From a virus (Duplodnaviria > Caudoviricetes): DNA of 60,349 bases. Each line of letters starts with the position of its first letter. Position 1 is the first letter of the stretch. This document shows, in pieces, positions 1 to 10,663 of this stretch. Made by a program: the position numbers and the translations under genes. The notes beneath the pieces are model-generated. The model was not told the DNA's origin and ran no database searches. It saw only the letters and a program-made list of their open reading frames with translations. The stretch is taken from positions 1 to 60,349 of the IMG/VR virus record IMGVR_UViG_3300037313_001400. One strand, 5' to 3'.

Positions 1-180
1 TGTGGTCAGATCTTGCCGGCGAGGCCGAAGTGCCCACCGCACCAGCCGAGGCTACTGCTGGGGGTGTGGAAGCACTTAAGTTGTACTGGGCGACCGTGTG
101 CTTGCCCGTACCGTCCAGGGTAGCGACCCCGTTAACAGCCCCCCTCTGGGTAACTGCCACATAGGTACCGGACAGATCCG
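1..180. repeat. Terminal overlap, copy 1 (circular assembly overlap)
   Basis: Identical to 60170-60349 except T77 vs G60246; lies inside a gene that reads through the junction. Confidence 0.95.
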
Positions 181-727
181 GGAGCTGAGCGACTGGAACC
201 TTGGTGCCCGCGTCGAGAGTCGCGACGCCCGAGGCCGCACCCTTTTCCGTGGAAGCGATGGCACCCAGGTCTGATGGTACGAGCGTGATCGAGACCCCGG
301 TCTTCCCATTGACCGTCTGGATGACTCCCGGGGGCCCCTGAGGCCCGACGACGGGCAGATAAGTGGGGGCTGCATCGCTGGGCGTGATGTCAGCCAGCTC
401 TATGGGGTTGGCCGAGGTATCGGTGTAGGGCAGAAGGATCTGGTAACTGCGAGGCTTCTGGTTGAGAATCCTCTCGTTGACCGTGTAGGTCCACCCAGTC
501 GGGTTCTGCCCAGCGGTGTCAGTACAGATGAGTTCGATGAGGAACTCACCGTTATTATCCAGAGTAGCTACCTCAGTACCCTGGACGATGACGTTCTCGT
601 TGGGGAAGATGATGGGACTGGGCGCCGGGGTGAATGTCACCGTGCCCTGTAGCGGGGTGGCCAGCACGTTCGGCTCAACGAACCGACCATGCAGCCTTAC
701 TGTCTTGAGACCTACTGGGTTGACCAT
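1..727 (-). CDS. Tail fibre / receptor-binding protein, 5' part (joins 60349-58794; about 700 aa in total)
   Basis: AGGAG RBS then ATG at 727 (MVNPVGLKTVRLHGRFVEP...GPQGPPG...GVATLDAGTKVP); 547+1556 = 2103 nt in frame across the junction; not in the ORF track. Confidence 0.8.
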   Translation of the reverse strand, partial: MVNPVGLKTVRLHGRFVEPNVLATPLQGTVTFTPAPSPIIFPNENVIVQGTEVATLDNNGEFLIELICTDTAGQNPTGWTYTVNERILNQKPRSYQILLPYTDTSANPIELADITPSDAAPTYLPVVGPQGPPGVIQTVNGKTGVSITLVPSDLGAIASTEKGAASGVATLDAGTKVPVAQLPDLSGTYVAVTQRGAVNGVATLDGTGKHTVAQYNLSASTPPAVASAGAVGTSASPARSDH

Positions 728-745
728 GGTAACTCCTTACAGATA

Positions 746-783
746 GGTGTGGAGCGAGCAGCACCCATTGCCCGCCCCACACC
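746..783 (-). terminator. Hairpin downstream of the endolysin
   Basis: GGTGTGGAGCGAGCA...TGCCCGCCCCACACC; the mismatches become G-U pairs in the minus-strand RNA. Confidence 0.55.
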
Positions 784-797
784 AGCCTCGATGGAGC

Positions 798-1913
798 TTA
801 GCTCCGTGGCACCATCAGCTTGTCCCAGGAGACCTTGCCCGGGATGCCATCAGCGGCACTTCCGTAGTAGCCCAGGCTCTTCTGCCAGGCCTTGTAGGAG
901 CTCACGTCCCCGCTGCCCCAGGTGTCGGCCCCGGTCGAGCTCTGGTACCGATTGCAGCCCACCTCGACCAGTCGGGCATGCATGGCGGCGATGATCGGGC
1001 TCTGTCGACCGGGCGTGAAGAAGTCCGACCCCGGGAAGGGCTCGAACTGGGTACCGATCAGGCGTCGGAGGCTGTCGGGCCCCGGCACCCCATCGGCGTC
1101 CGCGCCGGTCAGTCCCAGGCTCCGCTGGTACTCAGCATAGGCGCGGGTATCGGCATCGGTCCAGGTCGGGCCCGGTCCTACCGAGTAGTAACCGCCGAAG
1201 CCCTTATCGACCAGGGCCTGGCCCACCCGAGTCACCTGGTCGCCCACCGCACCGTAGCCATAGTTTAGGCCGTCGATGGTGACCATGTAGCGAGCCACCT
1301 CGGGCAGCGGCTTCGGGGCCGGCGTACTGGGGGCGTCGGTGAAATCCGGCCAGCTGCCGGGGTCCTGGTGGTCGTTCTCGGGCACCTGGCTGTGGCCATA
1401 CCAGCCGGCCTGGGACTCCCAGACGGACTCGCTGCGGTTGGAGTCGAAGCTGACCGGCTTGCCCATCGGCCAGACATCCGGTACCCCGAGAGACTTGATC
1501 CAGTCGTGCAGTCGATCCCAGCCAGCGCAGGGCGTGTCCGACAGCTTGGCGTAGACCACCCCGTCCTTGCGGCAGTAGGGGAAGAAGACCGCCTCGACCT
1601 GTATCACGACGGAGCCAGCTCGGTTCGTCCGGGTACCGCCCGGCCCGTCGACCACGGACTTCGATCGGGAGCTCGCCGGCAGCAGCTGAGCGATCCGACC
1701 GCTGAACGGGTCCCAGATGATGTGTGGGGCGGAACTCTTGCCCGAGCCGGTGAAGTAGTTCACCAGGTTGTCGAAGGGCACCCAGTCCACCGGCTTCGAC
1801 GCGGTCGCGTTGCGGTCCCAGGTGATGTGGGCGATCGCTTTGGCGGGACCACCATCGGTCGGTGCGTGGTCGTCGATGTCATGGATCTCAGCTCCCGGCA
1901 TCCAGTCACTCAT
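798..1913 (-). CDS. Endolysin: N-acetylmuramoyl-L-alanine amidase with two peptidoglycan-binding domains
   Basis: AIAHIT, GHSQVPENDHQDPG zinc-amidase motifs; two C-terminal YQ/WQ..LG....ADG(V/I)PG repeats. Confidence 0.9.
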   Translation of the reverse strand: MSDWMPGAEIHDIDDHAPTDGGPAKAIAHITWDRNATASKPVDWVPFDNLVNYFTGSGKSSAPHIIWDPFSGRIAQLLPASSRSKSVVDGPGGTRTNRAGSVVIQVEAVFFPYCRKDGVVYAKLSDTPCAGWDRLHDWIKSLGVPDVWPMGKPVSFDSNRSESVWESQAGWYGHSQVPENDHQDPGSWPDFTDAPSTPAPKPLPEVARYMVTIDGLNYGYGAVGDQVTRVGQALVDKGFGGYYSVGPGPTWTDADTRAYAEYQRSLGLTGADADGVPGPDSLRRLIGTQFEPFPGSDFFTPGRQSPIIAAMHARLVEVGCNRYQSSTGADTWGSGDVSSYKAWQKSLGYYGSAADGIPGKVSWDKLMVPRS

Positions 1914-2244
1914 CGAACAGATCCTCCTCTTCTTCGTAGCGCTTCTTGCGCAGAGTTTGGGCCTTCCACACCCTGCCGGTGTAGTAGGCGAAACAGAGTC
2001 CGATGACCACCATCAGGAATCCCTGGCAGTACCTCAGCCAGTCGACCGACTCGGAGAAGTCGAAGATGGTGAGCGTCAGCGTGATGGAGCAGGTCAGGGT
2101 AATGGTAACCCCGAAAGCCATCATCATGCGACCGTCAGTCGATCGGTACCACTTAGCTGTCATCACGTAGGAGATGATGAACAGCGCCCCCATGCCGGCG
2201 ACGAATGCCGAGGCTATGCCATTGGCTTCCTGTCCACCTGTCAT
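1906..2244 (-). CDS. Membrane protein (about 3 TM helices), holin candidate
   Basis: Three hydrophobic segments, charged C-terminus, next to the lysin. Confidence 0.65.
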   Translation of the reverse strand: MTGGQEANGIASAFVAGMGALFIISYVMTAKWYRSTDGRMMMAFGVTITLTCSITLTLTIFDFSESVDWLRYCQGFLMVVIGLCFAYYTGRVWKAQTLRKKRYEEEEDLFDE

Positions 2245-2471
2245 GTTCTTTCGTCCCCCAGTACTGCCCTGCGGATGGCCTCCGCAAAATGATTCTGCTG
2301 TCGTATCCGGGCTAGTCGTTCGACCCTGTCATTCACCTCGGGCCACTTGGCCTCAGTCTCCTGGAGTCGAATGCCAGCCTCAGTGCAAGCCGCCTTAGCT
2401 GCTGAGGTAGCCAGTTGCTGAGGGGACTTGTCCAGCCTTACCCTGCGCAGTATCCGTCCGGCGAGCGTCAT
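2241..2471 (-). CDS. Lysis-cassette-associated hypothetical protein
   Basis: Coupled 4-bp overlaps with both neighbours; ends in RQQNHFAEAIRRA. Confidence 0.65.
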   Translation of the reverse strand: MTLAGRILRRVRLDKSPQQLATSAAKAACTEAGIRLQETEAKWPEVNDRVERLARIRQQNHFAEAIRRAVLGDERT

Positions 2472-2755
2472 CTCGGCGCCTCCTGGCTGGATGCGGTGGG
2501 CAAACTGTTGAGCACATGTTCAGCAGTCTTGCCCACCTCCATCAGCGTTTCGTTCTGGGCGGCAAGTACATCCCCTCGCCTCTGTTCCCTCTCCAGAGCC
2601 CGCTGGTAGTACTGCACTTCGGCATCCTTGTCGCGGATACGATCCTCGTGAACATTACGGGGAATCAGATTACCCCGCAGGATCAGCAGGACTACCACGG
2701 CGAGAATGCCGGTCGCCCCTAGGGAACCTATGGGCAGGGTAGAGATCAGGTCCAC
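2468..2755 (-). CDS. Membrane protein (single TM plus coiled coil), lysis cassette
   Basis: GGAGG RBS; N-terminal TM helix. Confidence 0.7.
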   Translation of the reverse strand: MDLISTLPIGSLGATGILAVVVLLILRGNLIPRNVHEDRIRDKDAEVQYYQRALEREQRRGDVLAAQNETLMEVGKTAEHVLNSLPTASSQEAPR

Positions 2756-2787
2756 TTAATCCTCCATAGCCCCTGCCTGGGTTATGG

Positions 2788-2985
2788 CTATTCGTCGAAC
2801 GGGTCGGACTCGGTCGTCGCCTTAGCGAGTTCGTCTCGCAGAGCGGCCTCGGTGCGATTGGCCTGGGCCAGCTGATCCTGGAGCTGGTCCACCGCCACCT
2901 GAAGCAGCAGGTTCTCGTCCGTGAGGGCGTGAATGCGTTCCTTGTACTTCTCGTTGACCTTGGCGAGGTCGATCTGCAGCTGCAT
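2788..2985 (-). CDS. Small coiled-coil protein (tail-associated)
   Basis: Heptad pattern; RBS upstream. Confidence 0.6.
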   Translation of the reverse strand: MQLQIDLAKVNEKYKERIHALTDENLLLQVAVDQLQDQLAQANRTEAALRDELAKATTESDPFDE

Positions 2986-3057
2986 AGCCGCCCCTTCTAT
3001 CGATCGTTGGTTCGATCATATCAGCGACTCGGCTACCCCCCGACAGCCTCATTCCTG

Positions 3058-3591
3058 TTAGTGACTGGGCAGCCCCAGTGACTCCCTATGGAGAGCAACC
3101 ATGCGATCCATCTCCTCAAGCTGCTTGTCCGTGGGCTTATGGCTCAGCATCTCAGACAGCCAGGGGTGGTGGCCCCGGCTTGCCAGCAGACTCCGGGTCT
3201 TGGTCGCCGGCCAGTTCACCTGGGCGATGTTCGTCTTAGTGTGGACCAGTCGTTCCTTGTGGGCAGTCCAGGCATGGGCTCGGCTGGGCGCGTTGAACAG
3301 GCTTACCTCGTCGGACTGACGTCGTATACCATTGGCATTTCGGGCGAGGGTATTGTGATCTATCGGAGGCATGTGAGGTTCGTGGATCAGCAGATCCATG
3401 ATCTCGGCTCGACCAGCCTCGGTGGCGGCATCGAGACCATACTCTACTGCCCTCCAGCCCACCGACTCTTTGGGGAGAGCATGGAGATGAAGTCCTTCCA
3501 CACCCTCGAGCTGAAGTTGGATGAGCCAGATGGGTTGGGCATGGATGAAGCTCTCATCCACTGAAACGATGAGGTGTTGCTTAGCGGTCAT
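3058..3591 (-). CDS. Hypothetical protein downstream of the minor tail gene
   Basis: AGGAG RBS, 177 aa. Confidence 0.7.
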   Translation of the reverse strand: MTAKQHLIVSVDESFIHAQPIWLIQLQLEGVEGLHLHALPKESVGWRAVEYGLDAATEAGRAEIMDLLIHEPHMPPIDHNTLARNANGIRRQSDEVSLFNAPSRAHAWTAHKERLVHTKTNIAQVNWPATKTRSLLASRGHHPWLSEMLSHKPTDKQLEEMDRMVALHRESLGLPSH

Positions 3592-3600
3592 GGCCGTCTC

Positions 3601-6600
3601 CTAGCTAACGCGAATGGTCCACATGAACCAGGCCCCAGTGGCATTGGCATCGAAGCTCACCGTGTAACCGGTAGATGATGAGGCGGTAACCTGCCACCGC
3701 TTGAATACCCCAGTGGTGTCATATAGGGTACCCATGGGGCACATGGTAGTCGACATGGTTGCCCCATAGGTCAGACTCATGCCGCCATTGTTACTCAGTG
3801 CGATAGAGCCAGCCTGGATGCCATCGGTCGAACCCATGATGGTGTAGTTGGAGAAGCTACCTCGCATGAAGACCTGACCATTGGTTTGCTGCATCCAGTA
3901 CCAACTGGCCCCGCCATTCATTTGGGCCCAAGAGTTCGAGAACTGGAAGGCCCCGTGATCGCCGGCGACGTTGGTGGTACCGAAGAAACCGGTGTTATCG
4001 TCCATGTACAGTCGACCACCGCTCGGAACACCCCCGCCGAGGGTGGTGTATCGGCTGAGGGCGATTGAGTCCTTGGCTGCCACGATGCTGGAGTATCGCG
4101 GTACCGAGGTAGCCCCATCAGTTCCAGATCGGATCTCGAGGTTGGCATCGCTGGCCGTACCCCAAGCCTGGATGGAGGACTTATCGGTGCCAGTGGAGTT
4201 CCAAAGCTGAATCACCGCCGAGCCACTGTTGCCCGGATTGATGACCACCCGTTGGCCGGTGTTACCACTGGCGAATTCCCCGATGATGGAGATGTTACCA
4301 GTGGAGGCATCGGCGTAGAAGGTTCGAGTACCGCCACTGTTGTACGCACTGACCCCAGTGGAGTTCAGCTCAACTCGAGCCCCGGTGTCGGCTGTCTTGA
4401 TGCGAGCACCGACCACGATATCAGCCCCGAGAGTCCCAGTGGTAAGCTTACCTACCGAGAGACTCGCGATCTTGGCGTCATTGACCGCCAGGTTAGCGAT
4501 CTTGGCATTGGTGATGGCGGCGTCGGCGATCAACAAGGTATCGACTTGGCGTCGCACCTCGATGGCATCGATCCACACCGAGCCAGCAGTGAGGCTGTTA
4601 CTGCTCAGCACTATGTCCATCGTGACCGCGTTGGTCGGGGCAACCTGAGATAGGCCGCTAACCCGGGCATGCCACTGGTTGTCGTAGAGTGCCCCGTAAT
4701 TCCCCGTCAGGGCGAAGAAGGCACTGGGGTTCGGTGAGCCCGACCCATCGATCACGAAACCGGCAGAGTTCTTGAACTGGATTCCCAGTTCGACCCTTGA
4801 GAGCACTGCGGTATCGCTTGTGCATCGATAGTCAGCAGCGCCGAACACTCGCTCCCCAGGCTTGATGGGGAGTCCGGTTTGCAGCCCCAAGTATTCAGTC
4901 GAGCCCCCCGCATACGAGCTGGCCTTGATGGACCAACTGCCGATAGAGGCGGTGGTATTATCAAAACTGAAGTGAGTCCCGGTCATCGTCATGGCTCGAT
5001 TGGACCTCACACTGGCATTCTCGAGGTTGCCATCGTCGACCAGATTGCCCACGTCACTGAATCGTACGTTGGAGAGACCCACCTCGCCCGAGCCGATCTC
5101 TACATTCACGACAGGCGAGAGCACCACATGGCTAGTCGTCGTTTCATCCGAAGCCGGACCCTTGTTACCGGACGTGTCAACCGGTACCAGGCGAACCCAG
5201 TATTCGGTGTTGTAGCTGAGGCCTGTGGTGAGGGTCGTAGCAGTCTTGTTGGCACCGGGGAGATAGTCTCGCAGAGTAGCTGTTGTTGGTGTGAAGGTCC
5301 CATTCGGCCCGACATGAACTTCCACACCAGCGAGGTCAGAATCCATGGCGCCGGCGGTCGAGCTGAGGCCATCCCAGGTCACTCGAAGTGTACCCACGTT
5401 GCTGGTGACGACGGGGGCCGAGGTCTTCACTGGTGGTGTCGTATCGCCAGCTGTGGTGTGGGATACCAGGGCCGAATAGCCCGCCGAGCGACCATATCGG
5501 TTATGGGCCTCGACCTGGGCTACGATTACGGCACCGGGGTTGATGTCGTCGAAGCTCGCGAAGGTTACCCCCGCATCGACGAGCTTGACCCCTCGCCAGG
5601 CGTCAGCACTGTCGCTGAAGTAACGCCAGCGAGCAGTGTAGCCCTCGAAGTTGCTAAGGGCTGAGCCATCGGTATTGGAGGTTACTGCAGACCACGATAC
5701 CTGAATAGCCGAGCGAGCTCGACCATCGGTGATGTAGTAGCCACTGGAGACATTTACTCCAGTGGGTACCAATGGGGTTTTGCCATCGTCCTCGGGCTGA
5801 GAGGCCCCGGTCTCAGTGGTACCATTGTTCAGTGCGTCGATGCGCTTGTTCAGCTTGGCGATCTGTTCGTCGATCAGCTGGTTCAGCGTAACCGACCCCG
5901 TCACCGAACCATCGTTATCGATGCTGACGACCCACTGACGGATGCGGTATCGCTCAAGACCTCGGCCGACATCACTGAGAGCCCAGTCACCCAGGTCGAA
6001 GTCGATCGTCGGCTTGGGGTTGACCTCAGTCTCGAAGTGGAGACCGTGGGTAACCTCCAGTCGGGGCACGGTGGTTCCGCTGAGCAGGGCATCGCCGATG
6101 ATGCTCAGGATGCCAGTGGTCTCAACATTGTTCGCCGAGTGGCCGATTTCTCTACGTCCCCAAACGGAGACCGCAGTCGAGTCGACCCGCTCGACATAGT
6201 TGTTGTTTTTGCCGGCGACGAGTACGACGGTGCCCAGTTCCCGAGTGGATACCTTTCGGGGCGACTCCTTCATGTCTCGACCCCGGATAAACCTCAAGGG
6301 GTTAGGCCCAGTCGTCTTATCGGAACCCAGACCACCCGGATTGAAAGCCCTGAGCGTGCGGGCATCCATGGCCACCTCGACGAAGAGGTTGTCGACCAGA
6401 TTCTGCACAACATCGGTGTACTTGGTATTGGCATCCCAGCCAATGTCGATACTATTGGCCCAGGGTTGACCCGCCGAGTCGAGCGTGTCACTGAAGTCGT
6501 AGTTCAGCCAGCTGAGACTACCCCGGTTGTGAGCCTTGGTGATCAGGTCTCCGAGAATCTTGCCAGGCGTAGAAGCCTGGTAGTCCTGCCGAGCTGGTTC

Positions 6601-6948
6601 CGACGACGTCGGCCAGAGTGCCGGGTACACCACGGCCCGATCGAGCATGCCAAGCATGGTGCGGCATGTGAAGGTCCACACCGCCGAGTCAGCCTGATCA
6701 TCCGCATCGTTGCCCTCCATCTGTTCGATGATCGAGCGCAGCGAGGTGACCTCAGATCCGTTGACCATGACCGCGATCTCGAGGTCATCACCGAGGATAC
6801 CGAAGTTCGTGCCACTCTGCGGGTACTTGATCGAGATGGCCCCGACCGAGGAGAACACCGGCGAGATGTCGATACTCGCGAAGTCCGGCAGAAACATGCC
6901 CAGACTGCCATCGGGGTTGACTGCTCTGAGCGAGAAGTAGATAGACAT
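3601..6948 (-). CDS. Minor tail protein (Tal/baseplate hub with FN3-like and carbohydrate-binding-like domains)
   Basis: 1115 aa after Dit; FN3-like segments, IADAAITNAKIANL motif. Confidence 0.85.
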   Translation of the reverse strand: MSIYFSLRAVNPDGSLGMFLPDFASIDISPVFSSVGAISIKYPQSGTNFGILGDDLEIAVMVNGSEVTSLRSIIEQMEGNDADDQADSAVWTFTCRTMLGMLDRAVVYPALWPTSSEPARQDYQASTPGKILGDLITKAHNRGSLSWLNYDFSDTLDSAGQPWANSIDIGWDANTKYTDVVQNLVDNLFVEVAMDARTLRAFNPGGLGSDKTTGPNPLRFIRGRDMKESPRKVSTRELGTVVLVAGKNNNYVERVDSTAVSVWGRREIGHSANNVETTGILSIIGDALLSGTTVPRLEVTHGLHFETEVNPKPTIDFDLGDWALSDVGRGLERYRIRQWVVSIDNDGSVTGSVTLNQLIDEQIAKLNKRIDALNNGTTETGASQPEDDGKTPLVPTGVNVSSGYYITDGRARSAIQVSWSAVTSNTDGSALSNFEGYTARWRYFSDSADAWRGVKLVDAGVTFASFDDINPGAVIVAQVEAHNRYGRSAGYSALVSHTTAGDTTPPVKTSAPVVTSNVGTLRVTWDGLSSTAGAMDSDLAGVEVHVGPNGTFTPTTATLRDYLPGANKTATTLTTGLSYNTEYWVRLVPVDTSGNKGPASDETTTSHVVLSPVVNVEIGSGEVGLSNVRFSDVGNLVDDGNLENASVRSNRAMTMTGTHFSFDNTTASIGSWSIKASSYAGGSTEYLGLQTGLPIKPGERVFGAADYRCTSDTAVLSRVELGIQFKNSAGFVIDGSGSPNPSAFFALTGNYGALYDNQWHARVSGLSQVAPTNAVTMDIVLSSNSLTAGSVWIDAIEVRRQVDTLLIADAAITNAKIANLAVNDAKIASLSVGKLTTGTLGADIVVGARIKTADTGARVELNSTGVSAYNSGGTRTFYADASTGNISIIGEFASGNTGQRVVINPGNSGSAVIQLWNSTGTDKSSIQAWGTASDANLEIRSGTDGATSVPRYSSIVAAKDSIALSRYTTLGGGVPSGGRLYMDDNTGFFGTTNVAGDHGAFQFSNSWAQMNGGASWYWMQQTNGQVFMRGSFSNYTIMGSTDGIQAGSIALSNNGGMSLTYGATMSTTMCPMGTLYDTTGVFKRWQVTASSSTGYTVSFDANATGAWFMWTIRVS

Positions 6949-7817
6949 CAGCCCACCAGGTACTTACGTCGGCCGGTCAGGTTGAACTTCGTGGCCGAGG
7001 TTGTCGCCGAGCTGGTGATCTTAACCTCCGGCGAATGTCCGACCACCGCAGCCTGCAGGGTCAGCCATCGGGATCCGCCCGAGTGGCTGAAGAATGAGTA
7101 GTTAGGCACAAACCCCCCTACCCCGGTGAGCAGCCACTTACCGCAGTCAACTACCATGCCTTGTCCAGCGGGAATGGTACCACTGTATTGGAACCAGTTC
7201 GGGGTGAGCTGGGGTTGACCGTTGTACAGGGCCTCGACTCGGGGGTTGGTTACTGGGCCGGTGATGGTCCACACCGAATCCTCAAGCGGGGCCGACATGC
7301 CACTCAGCGCGGCGATCTCACCATTCTGGGTTGGCGGCAGATCGACCGAGGATACGATCGTGTCCTCCCAGAAGACCGATGGTACCCTCAGAGCCACTGA
7401 GAACTTACCGACCGGTATGTTGCCCGAGCCACTGATCACCGAGAAGTCGATCGCCTCGGTGACCTCGCACATCACTCGGCGGCTGCTGCCATCCGCCAGG
7501 GTGTGGACCAACTCGATAAGTCCATCCCCCGGTCGGAAGATGCGGGTGAGGGTGTCGATGTTGGCCATGAACTGAGCGCGACCAGTGGTCACCAGGCCAT
7601 CGTCATCACACCCCCTCACCCACATTGGCAGTACTATCTCACCCTCGTCATAGTACTTCTGTCGAGTGTAGAGAGTGCCATGCCTTCCGGGCACCGTGAT
7701 GTTTTCGGTTCGCAGCTTCGGCACCCTGAGACGACCGGTCAAGGACTCGATGTTCTTGGCCAGAGTGTTCAGGATGATGCCGTTGGCTGCGAGGGTTTCG
7801 GCAGTTGTGACTGTCAT
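6948..7817 (-). CDS. Distal tail protein (Dit-like)
   Basis: Directly after the tape measure; ENITVPGRHG motif. Confidence 0.8.
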   Translation of the reverse strand: MTVTTAETLAANGIILNTLAKNIESLTGRLRVPKLRTENITVPGRHGTLYTRQKYYDEGEIVLPMWVRGCDDDGLVTTGRAQFMANIDTLTRIFRPGDGLIELVHTLADGSSRRVMCEVTEAIDFSVISGSGNIPVGKFSVALRVPSVFWEDTIVSSVDLPPTQNGEIAALSGMSAPLEDSVWTITGPVTNPRVEALYNGQPQLTPNWFQYSGTIPAGQGMVVDCGKWLLTGVGGFVPNYSFFSHSGGSRWLTLQAAVVGHSPEVKITSSATTSATKFNLTGRRKYLVG

Positions 7818-10654
7818 TAGAAAGCCCCCATAGCGGTGAGAGTGCGCAGCTTCTTAGCAGCTGAATCGGATCCGCGTTCAGCGACCGGGTTGTAGTTATT
7901 GACCGTGATGACCGGCCCGCCCTGAGGCATCTCCTGGCCCGTCAGGGACGAACCCTCATTCGGGCCCGCGCCGGCGATCGAAGCGGCCATCGAGTAAGTG
8001 CCTGCCGGAAAGAGTGAATCGGCCGCCCTCTGAAGAATGGCAGCCTGCTGCTGCATAGCCTGAGTCATGCTGATGAGACGGTTGGCATTGACAAGGTTCG
8101 CGGTCTTCGCCGGGTTGGTCTCATTGATCTCGCCGGCAAGAGCTTGCATGGTTCGCACCTGCTCGCCCAGTCGAGCCGACTCCTCGCCTGTGACCTTGGT
8201 GATGGCCCACATAGCCCGCTCGATGTGGGAGGGCGAGTGGATGCCGAGACCATCCTTGAAGCCTTCCCAGAGGCCCTTGGCGAAGCCCTTGGCAGCATCC
8301 CAAGCCCAGCGCATCATATCCAGGAAGACCTTGCCGACATTGGTGACGATGTCCCACACCACCGATGGCAGCTTGCTGACCCACTCGATGAAACCGTTGT
8401 AAATGTTGATGCCGAAGTTCTTGGCCCAGACTACAACGTTGATCCCGGCATTTACCGCATTGTTGTAGAGGTTGGTGAGGATATCCCACACCCTGCCGGG
8501 CAGCAGCTTGAACCACTCGATGACGGCGTTGTAGACCTTGCCGCCCCACTCCCAGGTGCTACTCCAGAAGTTGTTGAAGGCATCGATGCCCCGGTGGTAC
8601 ATATCGGTCAGGAAGTCGGCCACCCGACCCGGCAACAGCCGGAACCATTCGACGGTGGCATTGTAGACATCGCCACCCCACTTCCAGAATGCATCCCAAG
8701 TATTGCCCAGCCATTCTACGGCCGAGTCATAGGCATTGCTCATCCAGTCCGATACGATGCCCGGGAACTCGGTGAAGAACCAGACGATGCCGTCCTTGAT
8801 AGCAACCCCGGCATCCCACATGGCCTTTGCCGCGTCGATGCCCCAGCGAACCAGTCGACCGAGGGCGAAGCCCAGGGCATAGCCGAGGTTCTCGGGCAGG
8901 TTGGCAAGGAACTGCATGAAGGAGTCCCAGGCCGAACTGATGGCATTGCCCACCGTGGTCGTGGCCTGGCTGAACCAGTTGCTGATCGTGGTGCCCAGGT
9001 TGGAGAGAGCATTGCCGATCTTACCCGGAGCCTCGGTGAAAAAGTTGACGATGGAGTTCCAGGCATCGGATACCCACTTGACACCCTTGTTGAATATGTC
9101 GGTGATGTCTCGCCAGAGCTGAGCGAAGAACTCCGGCAGACTCTTGAACCAGTCCACCGTAGCTTGGAAAGCTACCTTGAGACCTCGTCCGATGTCGTTC
9201 ATGATATTGCGAACTGTCTCGGACTTCTGGTAGAGCAGTATCAGGGCCGCTACCACCGCAGCTACTGCCAGAGCCACCCAGAACCAAGGGCTTGCCAGCA
9301 CAGCTGCGGTCATTTCCCAAGTAGCCACCGTCATGATGCGGATAATGCCGGCGGCGAGCTTCATCACATTGTACAGGTCACGGAAGACCTTGATGGCCTT
9401 GAAGATGGTACCACCCACGAGGGCAAAGACACCCAGGAATGTGAGAGTGGCACCAGAGATGGCTATGATCTTGAAGATCAGTGTCTGAGTCTCGGGCGAC
9501 AGGTCGGCGAAAGCCTGGACCAGCTTCGTGACCCACTGCACCATCTTACGCAGGTTTTCCTGAAACGGGGTACCGGCCTGGATCAGCAGGGTGTCAATGT
9601 TGCCCTTGAGCTTCTTGATATCCCCGGACAGGTTGTCCATGCGCTTGGCAGCAACATCTGCCGCCGTGGTCTTGCTGATCTCCGAGTTCATCTCGGCGAA
9701 ACCAGCGGCACCGGCCTTGGTCAGGATCTCAGCTGCAGCCAGAGCTCGGTTGTTGAAGATGGTTCGGAAGGCCATCAGCTGCTGTTCCTGAGTCAGGCCC
9801 TTGGTGTGGTCCTGCAGGATCTGGAAAACATCGGCGAGGGACTTAGCCGAACCGTCAGCATTGAAGAACTTGTTGGTGCCATCCTCGGTGATGATACCGA
9901 GTTCCTCAAGCTCAGCCTTGGCCTTCTTGGTACCACCAGCCAGAGATACCATGATCTGACGAAGGGAGGTACCAGCGGTCGAACCCTTGATACCCGCCTT
10001 GCCCAGGAGCGACAGAGCATCCACGGTGGAATCGAAAGAGATGCCCAGGGCATGAGCCACACCGCCGACGTACTTCAGAGATACGCCCAGGTCACTCACG
10101 TCAACGATAGATGCGTTGGCCGCACCAGCGAGCACGTCGGTTACATGGGCAGCATCTTGGGCAGCCAGGGAGTAAGTCTGGATCTGCGAGGTGACGATGT
10201 TGGTAGCCTCGGTCAGCTTGATGTCTGCAGCTGAGGCGAGGTTGACCATGGCATCGGCCATACCATCGGTGATGTCGGTGGCAGAGACACCCGCCTTACC
10301 CATCTCGACGAAGGCGTCGGCTATCTGACCGGCAGAGAACTGGGATGTACGACCCAGCTCGAGGGCCTTCTCCTTGACCTTGTCCATCTCGGCAGCAGTC
10401 GCATTGTTGACCGCGCCGAAGTAGTCCATCTTCTTCTCGAAGTCGGCAGCCTTGTCGATGGCCAGGGCAAAGGCTGCGGACAGGGCCCCGCCGGCGATCA
10501 GGGCCGTCTTACCAAAAGCCGAAAGACCCGAACTGGCGGTGGTCAGTGCCGTATTGCTGGTGGCAGCTGCGGTACGTACTGCGGCAAATCCGGCGATCGC
10601 CTGGGCTACGTCTAGCCGCACCTGGCCCGAGATAGTCCCAAGCGATCCAGCCAT
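7817..10654 (-). CDS. Tape measure protein
   Basis: 945 aa; TP901-type core (GIKGSTAGTSLR), Trp/Phe-periodic repeats. Confidence 0.95.
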   Translation of the reverse strand: MAGSLGTISGQVRLDVAQAIAGFAAVRTAAATSNTALTTASSGLSAFGKTALIAGGALSAAFALAIDKAADFEKKMDYFGAVNNATAAEMDKVKEKALELGRTSQFSAGQIADAFVEMGKAGVSATDITDGMADAMVNLASAADIKLTEATNIVTSQIQTYSLAAQDAAHVTDVLAGAANASIVDVSDLGVSLKYVGGVAHALGISFDSTVDALSLLGKAGIKGSTAGTSLRQIMVSLAGGTKKAKAELEELGIITEDGTNKFFNADGSAKSLADVFQILQDHTKGLTQEQQLMAFRTIFNNRALAAAEILTKAGAAGFAEMNSEISKTTAADVAAKRMDNLSGDIKKLKGNIDTLLIQAGTPFQENLRKMVQWVTKLVQAFADLSPETQTLIFKIIAISGATLTFLGVFALVGGTIFKAIKVFRDLYNVMKLAAGIIRIMTVATWEMTAAVLASPWFWVALAVAAVVAALILLYQKSETVRNIMNDIGRGLKVAFQATVDWFKSLPEFFAQLWRDITDIFNKGVKWVSDAWNSIVNFFTEAPGKIGNALSNLGTTISNWFSQATTTVGNAISSAWDSFMQFLANLPENLGYALGFALGRLVRWGIDAAKAMWDAGVAIKDGIVWFFTEFPGIVSDWMSNAYDSAVEWLGNTWDAFWKWGGDVYNATVEWFRLLPGRVADFLTDMYHRGIDAFNNFWSSTWEWGGKVYNAVIEWFKLLPGRVWDILTNLYNNAVNAGINVVVWAKNFGINIYNGFIEWVSKLPSVVWDIVTNVGKVFLDMMRWAWDAAKGFAKGLWEGFKDGLGIHSPSHIERAMWAITKVTGEESARLGEQVRTMQALAGEINETNPAKTANLVNANRLISMTQAMQQQAAILQRAADSLFPAGTYSMAASIAGAGPNEGSSLTGQEMPQGGPVITVNNYNPVAERGSDSAAKKLRTLTAMGAF

Positions 10655-10663
10655 CAGAGCCTC

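Noticed and set aside
1-180. 180-bp end repeat as a biological terminal repeat
   Set aside because: It lies mid-gene and the ORF reads through the junction, which fits an assembly overlap
8144-10234. Long plus-strand ORFs (also 14472-15827, 17086-18528, 46955-48625, 51227-52828)
   Set aside because: They are antisense shadows of well-supported genes, expected in GC-rich DNA
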